DNA of 64,000 bases from Paracoccaceae bacterium. Lineage in GTDB: Bacteria > Pseudomonadota > Alphaproteobacteria > MPNO01 > UBA830. Numbering within the stretch: the first letter of the stretch is position 1; each line of letters opens with the position of its first letter. The stretch is taken from the NCBI GenBank assembly GCA_047638395.1, contig JBLIMV010000020.1:39101-103100 (forward strand), in the 5' to 3' direction. Shown piece after piece: positions 56,594-64,000 of the stretch. Under the pieces are notes generated by a model. The model made no database searches. It worked only from the letters and a program-made list of their open reading frames with translations, and was not told where the DNA came from. The position numbers and the translations under genes are program-made.

Positions 56594-57478
56594 TTATTTT
56601 TTGCGGCCCTGGCGCGTCAGCCAGACGGCGGAAACAAAGATGATCGTTCCGCCGACCCACGTCCAGACGTCTGGAAATTCGGCAAAAACCAGCCAGCCAA
56701 GCAGGGATGCCCATATCAGGCGGGTAAAGTTGAACGGCATGGCGATGGAAATATCGGCGGCCTGAATACCCCGGTTATAGGTGCGCTGCAGGATCACGCT
56801 CGTCGCGCCGATAAAGACGAAAAGGCCCCATTCCTCCAGGCTCGGCATGCGCCAAACAATCAGTGTCGGCACGAGCAGGATCAGCGTTTGTGTGACGAAC
56901 AGCCAGGCGGCGATGGTATCCGGCGGGTCGGTGCGGACCAGCGTCTTGATCATGATCGAGACGAGCGCGCCTGCGACTGCAGAGCCCAATGCGTAAGCCA
57001 TGCCGAGATTGAATTCAGCGAAGCCCGGCCGGACCACCAGGATAGCGCCGACGAACCCCAGGGAAATCGCCAGCCAGCGTTTGCGCCCGGCAACTTCGCC
57101 CAGCACGAACCCGGCAATGGCCGAGCCAATCACCGGCTGCAGGAAATTGATCGCCGACATATCGGCAATCGGGATCAGCGCGACGGCGGCAAAAAGCAGG
57201 GTAACATTGGTCGACGACATGAAACCGCGGATGACATGCTTGCCGATTTGTTTTGTGCGCATCGCGCCCAGACCGACATTCATCAGCCAGGGCATCATGA
57301 ACAGGATGGCGAAAGCGTTGCGCAGAAAGGCGATCTGGAACACTTCGATGCTGGGCGCCAGATAGCGGCCGATCGCGATTGAAATCACATAGGTGATCGC
57401 GGAGATCGACATCCAGACGCCCGATCTGACCGGGCCGGGCAGGGCAGCGAAACGTAGCGTTAGGGCAGCGATGGTCAT
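56594..57478 (-). CDS. EamA/DMT-family transporter, paralog 4
   Basis: Start at MTIAALTLRF, 50 codons into the track ORF. The longer form would overlap the upstream paralog. VVRPGFAE and EFPDVWTWVGGTIIF motifs. Confidence 0.75.
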   Translation of the reverse strand: MTIAALTLRFAALPGPVRSGVWMSISAITYVISIAIGRYLAPSIEVFQIAFLRNAFAILFMMPWLMNVGLGAMRTKQIGKHVIRGFMSSTNVTLLFAAVALIPIADMSAINFLQPVIGSAIAGFVLGEVAGRKRWLAISLGFVGAILVVRPGFAEFNLGMAYALGSAVAGALVSIMIKTLVRTDPPDTIAAWLFVTQTLILLVPTLIVWRMPSLEEWGLFVFIGATSVILQRTYNRGIQAADISIAMPFNFTRLIWASLLGWLVFAEFPDVWTWVGGTIIFVSAVWLTRQGRKK

Positions 57479-57479
57479 G

Positions 57480-58418
57480 CTATTTCGGCGCCGATGTGGT
57501 GGCTGTTGCAGCGGCAGCCCGTTCACGTGCTTTGCGGGCTTCGCGCTGGGCAATATAGACGGTCGAGGCGAAAATGAGTGCGCCGCCGATCGCGGTATAG
57601 ATTGATGGTATCTCTGAAAATAGCACATAGCCGAACACGGCAGCGACGATCAGTCGTGAAAAATCCATCGGCAGAATGATCGAGGCATCGGCTGCCGCAT
57701 ATCCGCGTGACATTGCGCGTTGTCCGAGCGTGCCGGCGAGCCCCGTGAAGGACAGCCAGCCGATCTGCTCCCAGGTCGGCGTTTCCCACACGAATAGTGC
57801 CAGGACCAGCATCACCGGCGTGGTGAACAGAACCATGTACATGGTGATGGTATCGGGGGATTCGGTGCGCGACAGATAACGGATAAGGATCGCCGCCGCC
57901 GCCCCCGCGATCGAGGCGACAAAGACGGCGGCAAGGCCCAGATTAACAGCCTCGAAGCCGGGGCGAACCATCACCAGCACGCCGAGAAAACCGATCCCGA
58001 GCGCCGTCCAGCGCCGTTGGCCGACAATCTCTCCCAGAAAGACGATGGCGAAGACGGTCCCGTAAAGCGGGCGCGTGAACATGATCGCCACGGCATCGGC
58101 CAGTGGGATCTCGCCAAGCGCGTAGAAAAACCCCAGAGATCCGATGGTGGTGGCGACAGCGCGGCCGAGAAACCAGGAAGTCTTGGTGGTTTTCAAACCC
58201 TGCAGGCGCGTGCGGATCAGCCAGGGCGCCATAAAGACAAAACCGAGGCCGATGCGAAAAAACGCGATGATAAAAGTGTGCACATCCGCCGATAGATGGC
58301 GGATCGTTGCCGCCATGGCCGTCAGACAAACAGCGGCGATCAGTATCCAGATGGTCCCCTGGACCGGGCCGGAACGCCCGGCGAACCATAGGGCGATGGC
58401 ACCGGTACCCGCGCTCAT
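57480..58418 (-). CDS. EamA/DMT-family transporter, paralog 5
   Basis: MVRPGFEA and EIPSIYTAIGGALIF motifs. The start overlaps the stop of paralog 6 (ATGA). Confidence 0.8.
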   Translation of the reverse strand: MSAGTGAIALWFAGRSGPVQGTIWILIAAVCLTAMAATIRHLSADVHTFIIAFFRIGLGFVFMAPWLIRTRLQGLKTTKTSWFLGRAVATTIGSLGFFYALGEIPLADAVAIMFTRPLYGTVFAIVFLGEIVGQRRWTALGIGFLGVLVMVRPGFEAVNLGLAAVFVASIAGAAAAILIRYLSRTESPDTITMYMVLFTTPVMLVLALFVWETPTWEQIGWLSFTGLAGTLGQRAMSRGYAAADASIILPMDFSRLIVAAVFGYVLFSEIPSIYTAIGGALIFASTVYIAQREARKARERAAAATATTSAPK

Positions 58419-59314
58419 AACGCCTTTTTTCTATCACGGCGGGATTCTGTGCGTCCCGCAAAGATCGACGAACAGAAGATCACCACCGCGCCGGCAATGG
58501 TCCATAGATCGGGCAGTTCGGAGAAAATCACAAAGCCGATGGCGATGGCAAAGGGCAGACGGGTGAAATCGAACGGCGCGATGGAACCGACATCGCCGGT
58601 CGCGAAGGCGCGGGAATACAGGCGCTGCGCGGTCGTCGAGCCGGCGCCGAGCAGGAAGCCCCAGAACCATTGCTCGGGCGTCGGCCATTCCCAGACGAAC
58701 AGCACGGCCACGAAGGCGAAGGGCAGCATGTAAATCGACTGATAGATCGCCGCTTTGTCCGGTGTATCGGTCCGCAGCATCACTTTCAGGATCATGGCGG
58801 AAAAAGCGATGCACACGCCGCCGCCGATCACCATAAAGACGCCGATATTCACTTCCTGGAAACCCGGGCGGACGACGATCAGGGTCCCGGCGAACCCTGC
58901 CGCCAGCGCGATCCACCTCGTGGCGTGCGCCGGTTCTTTCAGCAGCAAAACGCCCGCCAGCGCGATAAACAGCGGAAACGTGAAAGAGATCGCGGTCGCA
59001 TCGCCGATCGGCAGGAGCCCGAGGCTACCGAACCAGCCATACATGGCGACCGTGCTCAAAAATCCGCGGGTCACATAGAGTTTTGTGTGCGACGTCCGCA
59101 ACACGCCGACGCCGGACCGCATCAGCCAGGGCAGCATGATGACGATGCCGAACACGGCGCGGAAAAACGATATCTCGATAAAATGGAGGTCTTTGGACAG
59201 ATAACGCACGATCCCGGCCTGCCCCGCGAAAAACACGGCGCTCAGCGTCATCCAGATGGCGCCTTGCACAGAAGGCGACAGCCGGGCGAAAGTAGTTTTT
59301 ACGGACTGGATCAT
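58415..59314 (-). CDS. EamA/DMT-family transporter, paralog 6
   Basis: Start at MIQSVKTTF, 39 codons into the track ORF. VVRPGFQE and ELPDLWTIAGAVVIF motifs. Confidence 0.75.
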   Translation of the reverse strand: MIQSVKTTFARLSPSVQGAIWMTLSAVFFAGQAGIVRYLSKDLHFIEISFFRAVFGIVIMLPWLMRSGVGVLRTSHTKLYVTRGFLSTVAMYGWFGSLGLLPIGDATAISFTFPLFIALAGVLLLKEPAHATRWIALAAGFAGTLIVVRPGFQEVNIGVFMVIGGGVCIAFSAMILKVMLRTDTPDKAAIYQSIYMLPFAFVAVLFVWEWPTPEQWFWGFLLGAGSTTAQRLYSRAFATGDVGSIAPFDFTRLPFAIAIGFVIFSELPDLWTIAGAVVIFCSSIFAGRTESRRDRKKAL

Positions 59315-59353
59315 TGGCGGGCCATTAAACGATCTACCGCAGGGGAGGCATAG

Positions 59354-60184
59354 ATGTCGATGCGTTTTGATGACACGGTCGTCTGGGTGACAGGCGCTTC
59401 TTCGGGGATCGGTGAGGCCGTTGTGCGGCAACTCGATGCCGAGGGCGCGAATATCGTTCTGTCGTCGCGCGACCCGGATGAGCTACAGGCGGTCGCCGAA
59501 TCGCTTTCCGGCGGTGGCGCGAAAATGGTTCTGCCGTTCGACGTTACCGACGAGGCAGCGGTGTCGGCTGCCGCGCGCGCCGTACTGGGCCGTTTCGGCC
59601 ACGTCGACATACTGTTTAACAATGCAGGGATTACGCAGCGTGCCCGCGTGGTGGATGCAGATCTTTCCGTTTATCGGGCAATGATGGCTGTAAATTTCTT
59701 CGGGCCGCTGATGCTGACAAAAGCGGTGCTGCCGTCGATGCTGGCGCGGGGCAGGGGACATATAGTCTGCACCACAAGTGTTGCCGGCAAGTACGGCTCG
59801 CCCATGCGGTCGGGCTATAACGCGGCAAAACACGCCGCCCATGGGTTTTTCGATTCGCTTCGCGAAGAGGTCGCGGAGGCAGGCATCGACGTGACGCTGA
59901 TCGTGCCGGGTGCGGTGCGCACCAATGTGTCGATTAATGCATTGCGCGGCGACGGCTCCTTGTACAACCGGATGGACCCGTTTCTGGAAGATGGTATGCC
60001 GCCCGCAGAGTGCGCTCGCCGTGTGCTGGATGCTGTCCATGGGAGGAAACGCGAAGTGCTGATTGCAGATGGTGTCGCCCGGCGGAACGTCTGGCTTAAA
60101 AGGTGGTCGCCGGCATTGCTGTCCTGGACGACGCGGCGTCGAAAGCCGGGCAGAACGACCGTTCCGGCGGGTGGATCAACCTGA
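59354..60184 (+). CDS. Short-chain dehydrogenase/reductase (SDR) family oxidoreductase
   Basis: TGASSGIGEA cofactor motif, NNAG, and catalytic Y-x3-K (YNAAKHA). Confidence 0.85.
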   Translation: MSMRFDDTVVWVTGASSGIGEAVVRQLDAEGANIVLSSRDPDELQAVAESLSGGGAKMVLPFDVTDEAAVSAAARAVLGRFGHVDILFNNAGITQRARVVDADLSVYRAMMAVNFFGPLMLTKAVLPSMLARGRGHIVCTTSVAGKYGSPMRSGYNAAKHAAHGFFDSLREEVAEAGIDVTLIVPGAVRTNVSINALRGDGSLYNRMDPFLEDGMPPAECARRVLDAVHGRKREVLIADGVARRNVWLKRWSPALLSWTTRRRKPGRTTVPAGGST

Positions 60185-60245
60185 TAGGCTTCCCCACCGG
60201 TCGCCGGTAATCGGGCGATCATCAAATTTTTTCAGGAGCAAAACA

Positions 60246-60587
60246 ATGGTCAGCGATCACAAGGAATTCGCCAAGGAAGTTGACGCCCGGGCGGCCAAAC
60301 TGTTCAAGGCGGCCCCCGACACGATGCGGGCATTCCGCGGTTTGATGGAAACCGCCGGCAAGGAAGGCGCGCTGGATGCCAAGACCAAGGAGCTGATGGC
60401 GCTTGCCGTGGGCATCGCCGTGCATTGTGAAGGCTGCATTAATTTTCATACGCGGGCGGCTATAAAAAAAGGCGCGACGCGCGAAGAAGTGGCGGAAACG
60501 GCGGCGGTCGCCATCGAAATGGGCGGTGGCCCCGCCGCGGTTTACGGTGCTCAGGCGCTCGACGCATTCGATCAGCTTTCGGGCTAG
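60246..60587 (+). CDS. Carboxymuconolactone decarboxylase family (AhpD-like) protein
   Basis: 113 aa. The HCEGCINFH CxxC-containing CMD/AhpD signature is present. Start at MVSDHKEF after AGGAG, 61 codons into the track ORF. Confidence 0.8.
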   Translation: MVSDHKEFAKEVDARAAKLFKAAPDTMRAFRGLMETAGKEGALDAKTKELMALAVGIAVHCEGCINFHTRAAIKKGATREEVAETAAVAIEMGGGPAAVYGAQALDAFDQLSG

Positions 60588-60719
60588 ATAAAAAATATCT
60601 ACGAGGTCTAAAATTTACTTTGACCCGTATCCGGAACAGTAGCATTTTCCCGACGGATTAATTTCGTCGGTGACGTGTTTCACGTGCGGCTTTGCGCCTA
60701 TTTGGAGGCCTATTTAAGA

Positions 60720-62372
60720 ATGTCTGGTGGTTTTTCTACTGGCCTGTTCCGGGCTGGTCTGTTGTCTGTTGGAATAGCTCTGACGGCCGGTTTTGTCGTC
60801 CCCGGTGCCTCTGCACAGGGGACGGAGCTGTCTGACCGGGGCAAGGCGGCGGATAAGAATAAGAACGGCGTCATCGACCGCAACGAAGCGGGCGGTCCGT
60901 TGAAGTCCAATTTCGATGATATGGACTGCAACAAGTCCGGCACGCTCGATGGCGCGGAAATCAGCGGATTTTTCACCGGCGTCGAATGCCCTAAACCTGC
61001 CGCTGCCGCGCCCGCCGCAACACCGGTCATGGCGAATAAATCTGTGCCGCCGTTGTCTGACCGCGGCAGGGCGGCAGACAAGAACAAGAACGGTGTCATC
61101 GGGCGCGACGAGGCGGGAGGCCCGCTGAAGTCCAATTTCGATGATATGGACTGCAATAAATCCGGCACGCTCGACGGTGGGGAGATCAAAGGCTTCTTCA
61201 CCGGTGAGGAATGCCCGAAACCGGTTGCAGGGACCCCGGCGACTGGTGCGGCGCCGAAGACGGCAGCCAAACCTTCGGCGGCGCCCGGTAAAAAGGCCGG
61301 CGGCCCCCGCGCACGCGCGGTCAGGGTTGATGCCGTGATCGTTGAGCCCAAATCCCAGACCTACCCCGTGATCGGCCGGCTGGTTGCCCAGCGGACCGGC
61401 AACGTGGCTGCCCGTATCAACGGCGCGGTTGTTGAAATGAACGTAAATGTCGGTGATCGCGTCAAAAAGGGGGATATTCTTGCTGTCCTGGCGATAGAGC
61501 GGCTGACCGCGCAGCGCGACAAATATGCCGCCGCGTTATCCACCCGGCGCGCGATGGTGCAGACCGCTCAGGCCGAAGCATCGAAGACCGCGCAGGAACT
61601 TCGCCGGATGTCGAACCTCAAGACATCTTCAGCGTTTTCCCGCGCGCGTTACGAAGACCTTCAGCGTGACGTCGATGCCCGCCAGGCAACACTGGTAGAG
61701 CGTCGCTCACAGCAGAAAGAGGCGCAGGCCGAGCTTGATCAGGTGGCTATCGACCTGAATAACGGTCGCATTCGCGCACCGTATGACGGTGTCGTCAGCG
61801 AAAAGCACACGGAAATCGGCTCTTACGTAAATGTCGGGAACCCGGTCGTCACGCTGATCAGCGATACTGAGATCGAGGTCGAGGCCGAAGTGCCATCCGA
61901 TCGCATCGCCGGTTTGACAACGGGCAGGGTCGTGCGTTTCCGTCTTGATGACGGAACGGATCACCGGGCAATCGTCCGGTCCATTATTCCGCGCGAAAAC
62001 GCCCGCACACGGACACGCCCGGTGCGGTTTACGCCGACATTCGGCGAGAAATCATCCCGCTTTGCCATCAACCAAAGCGTGACTGTCCTGGTGCCTATCG
62101 GGAAGATCCAGGAGGTCGTGACGGTTCACAAGGACGCCATCGTCCATCGTGGTCCGAACCGGGTCGTGAGCATCGTGCGGAAGGGCAAGGCCTTTCCGCG
62201 CCAGGTAACGCTCGGCGTGGCGGTCGGGAACCGGTATATCGTCGAAAAAGGGCTGAAGGCGGGCGACGTGGTCGTGACCCATGGCAACGAAACGCTGCCG
62301 CCGGGCGCCCAGGTTCGCATTCTGACCGGTGGTTCCCCGCGCGCCAATGGCGAGAAGACACAGACCAACTAG
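60720..62372 (+). CDS. RND efflux membrane-fusion (periplasmic adaptor, HlyD family) protein with N-terminal duplicated EF-hand pairs
   Basis: The C-terminal 330 aa form a typical MFP: lipoyl and beta-barrel segments around GDRVKKGDILAVL, a coiled-coil hairpin, RAPYDGVVSE and PVVTLIS. The N-terminal 200 aa carry two copies of an approx. 75-aa unit. Each unit has two canonical 12-residue EF-hand loops, DKNKNGVIDRNE (or DKNKNGVIGRDE) and DCNKSGTLDGAE (or DCNKSGTLDGGE), in the pattern D-x-N-x-[NS]-G-x-[IL]-x-x-x-E. The RND pump gene follows. Confidence 0.8.
   Translation: MSGGFSTGLFRAGLLSVGIALTAGFVVPGASAQGTELSDRGKAADKNKNGVIDRNEAGGPLKSNFDDMDCNKSGTLDGAEISGFFTGVECPKPAAAAPAATPVMANKSVPPLSDRGRAADKNKNGVIGRDEAGGPLKSNFDDMDCNKSGTLDGGEIKGFFTGEECPKPVAGTPATGAAPKTAAKPSAAPGKKAGGPRARAVRVDAVIVEPKSQTYPVIGRLVAQRTGNVAARINGAVVEMNVNVGDRVKKGDILAVLAIERLTAQRDKYAAALSTRRAMVQTAQAEASKTAQELRRMSNLKTSSAFSRARYEDLQRDVDARQATLVERRSQQKEAQAELDQVAIDLNNGRIRAPYDGVVSEKHTEIGSYVNVGNPVVTLISDTEIEVEAEVPSDRIAGLTTGRVVRFRLDDGTDHRAIVRSIIPRENARTRTRPVRFTPTFGEKSSRFAINQSVTVLVPIGKIQEVVTVHKDAIVHRGPNRVVSIVRKGKAFPRQVTLGVAVGNRYIVEKGLKAGDVVVTHGNETLPPGAQVRILTGGSPRANGEKTQTN
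60829..61224 (+). repeat. Intragenic tandem duplication (two approx. 170-bp units at about 85% identity) encoding the EF-hand pair modules
   Basis: Unit 1 (about 60829..60998) and unit 2 (about 61055..61224) share long identical runs, for example gaagtccaatttcgatgatatggactgcaa and atccggcacgctcga. Confidence 0.7.
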
Positions 62373-62444
62373 ACGGCGACCAACTAGACGGCGACCAATT
62401 AGGCGGCACGACCGCGCCACTCGTTAAAGGAACGGAGCAGGCGG

Positions 62445-64000
62445 ATGAACATAATCCGGCTTTCAATCGAGCGTCCCATTGCCATTGTTGCCATGGTCCT
62501 GATGATCATTCTGTTTGGCTATGTCGCCCTGCAGCGTATCCCGATTCAGATGGCACCCGACGTGCGTCAGCCGATTATTATCGTCAAAACGACCTGGCCG
62601 GGTGCCGCCCCGCAGGAGGTTGAGCGCGAAATCATCAATCCGCAGGAAGATGAGCTGAAAGGTCTTGAAGGCGTCAAGAAAATGTCGTCGAAGGCCCAGC
62701 GGAACCGCGGTGAGGTGACGCTCGAGTTCGGTCCCGAGATCAATTTCGACCGTGCGTTGCTGCTCGTTGCCAACCGGCTGGACCGTGTCTCCGGGTATCC
62801 GGAGGAAGCGGACGAGCCCGTATTGTCGACCTCGGGCACCGAGGACAACGCGATTGCCTGGTTTATCATCACGCGCCAGGAGGGGAATACCCGGCCGATG
62901 GTCGCCAATGGTGACTTCCTCGCGGATGTCGTCCAGGAGCGGATTGAGCGGGTCGAAGGCGTTGCCGGCGTCAATATCTTCGGTGAAACCGAACGCGAAA
63001 TGTCGATCACGATCACCCCGGAAAGCCTGGCGCGTTACGGGATGACCGTCAGTGAAGTATTGCGTCGACTGCGCGCGGCCAATGCGTCGATCACCGGCGG
63101 CGATGTCGAAGAGGGCAAGCGGCGCTATGTCGTCCGGACCGAAGGCGATCTGAACACCACGCAGCTTGTCGAAGACGTGGTTCTGCGCAGCGACGGCGAC
63201 GGCGGCAGTGGCAGTGGTGGTGTCGGTCGTGTTGTCGTGCGCGATATCGCCGAGGTGTCTATCGGTTACAAGAAAGCGCAGGCGCGTCTGCGGATGCTCA
63301 ACCGGCCCGCGCTCGCCTTCAATATCACCCGCGAACAGGGCGCAAACGTCATCAAGACCATGGCGGATGTGCGAGAGGTCGTCGAAGGCCTCGCCGACGG
63401 GCCAGTGCAACGCCAGGGCCTGTTGATCGAACAGGTTTACGACGAGACCGATTACATCAATTCGTCGATCGATCTGGTGCGCACCAACATTATCTACGGC
63501 GGCATTCTCGCGATCATCGTGCTCATGATTTTCCTGCGGTCATGGCGGCCGACGGCTGTTGTGGCAATGTCTATACCGGTTTCCGTGGTCGGCTCGTTCG
63601 TCGCCATGGCGGTGCTCGGCCGCTCGCTCAACGTGATCAGCCTGGCTGGGATCGCGTTCGCCGTCGGCATGGTGGTCGATGCTGCCATTGTTGTGCTCGA
63701 AAACATCTTCCGTCTGCGTCAGGAAGGCCGCTCCCGCGCGGAAGCTGCTTATTACGGCGCGCAACAGGTCTGGCCTGCCGTTCTCGTGTCCGCGCTGACG
63801 ACCGTTATGGTGTTTATCCCGATCCTGATCATGGACCTGGAGGTCGGACAGCTGTTCCGTGACATCGCGGTCGCCATCTCGGTATCGGTCATGCTGTCCT
63901 TGCTGGTCGCCGTCACACTGATACCGGCGCTGGCAAACGGGCTTCTGGGCGGCATGAAAACTGAAACGGGCGGATTACGCATTCCGGTGGTTGACGATTT
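62445..64000 (+). CDS. RND-family efflux transporter (AcrB/HAE-type), partial: continues beyond window end
   Basis: Not in the ORF track (no stop in window). The ATG at 62445 follows aaggaacggag. MNIIRLSIERPIAIVAMVLMIILFGYVALQRIPIQMAPDV is a classic AcrB N-terminus, with TM1 and a large periplasmic loop. Confidence 0.85.
   Translation, partial: MNIIRLSIERPIAIVAMVLMIILFGYVALQRIPIQMAPDVRQPIIIVKTTWPGAAPQEVEREIINPQEDELKGLEGVKKMSSKAQRNRGEVTLEFGPEINFDRALLLVANRLDRVSGYPEEADEPVLSTSGTEDNAIAWFIITRQEGNTRPMVANGDFLADVVQERIERVEGVAGVNIFGETEREMSITITPESLARYGMTVSEVLRRLRAANASITGGDVEEGKRRYVVRTEGDLNTTQLVEDVVLRSDGDGGSGSGGVGRVVVRDIAEVSIGYKKAQARLRMLNRPALAFNITREQGANVIKTMADVREVVEGLADGPVQRQGLLIEQVYDETDYINSSIDLVRTNIIYGGILAIIVLMIFLRSWRPTAVVAMSIPVSVVGSFVAMAVLGRSLNVISLAGIAFAVGMVVDAAIVVLENIFRLRQEGRSRAEAAYYGAQQVWPAVLVSALTTVMVFIPILIMDLEVGQLFRDIAVAISVSVMLSLLVAVTLIPALANGLLGGMKTETGGLRIPVVDD

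Noticed and set aside
56189-59353. Plus-strand ORFs (56189..57382, 397 aa; 58670..59353, 227 aa) opposite the EamA array
   Set aside because: They are extremely Arg/Asp/His/Gln-rich low-complexity translations antisense to hydrophobic 10-TM transporter genes.
1-64000. Search for mobile elements, CRISPR arrays, tRNA/rRNA genes and recognisable phage-defence genes
   Set aside because: No transposase, integrase, repeat-spacer array, tRNA-like cloverleaf region or nuclease/RT/cyclase-type defence protein was recognisable. The intergenic spaces are short, at most about 440 bp.

Overview
High-GC (by eye above 60%) proteobacterial, probably alphaproteobacterial, chromosomal segment that is almost fully coding: about 60 protein genes and no tRNA/rRNA, CRISPR array, transposase or integrase. 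Because the ORF track omits ORFs that run off the window, two partial genes are missing from it: an 840+ aa animal-haem-peroxidase-family lipoprotein (complement 1..2530) and an RND efflux pump (62445..64000). The gene content is catabolic and accessory in flavour. (1) Region 7.3-15.8 kb holds a cluster with a two-subunit molybdenum hydroxylase (IorAB-like), a TauD-type dioxygenase, two amidohydrolase-2 enzymes, a UbiD-family decarboxylase, a rhodanese and an MBL hydrolase, with a divergent XRE regulator translationally coupled to a TPR-oxygenase-like protein. (2) Region 18.2-25.3 kb has a PyrK/PyrD-like flavoenzyme pair, an acyl-CoA synthetase, an MDR reductase and a second UbiD, followed by an ACR3 arsenite pump and an Atm1-like ABC exporter. 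(3) Two further divergent amidohydrolase-2 paralogs with a crotonase bring the total to four amidohydrolase-2 and two UbiD paralogs. (4) The most unusual module is a 904-aa secreted, Cys-rich, LysM-containing repeat protein operonic with a TPR-plus-beta-barrel outer-membrane protein (Slam/DUF560-like architecture). (5) cysE-cysK and an LMW phosphotyrosine phosphatase sit next to an expansion of six EamA/DMT transporter paralogs (2 + 4 in tandem). These bracket ArsR-SRPBCC-DUF899 and YciI-sigma-factor modules. (6) An RND membrane-fusion protein carries an N-terminal tandem duplication of EF-hand pairs, a fusion I do not recognise from described MFPs. Candidate intrinsic terminators, a perfect CRP-type palindrome and a leader-like mini-ORF with a terminator were also found. 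Start coordinates were refined by codon offset from the ORF track where an internal Met with a Shine-Dalgarno sequence or signal peptide fits better.
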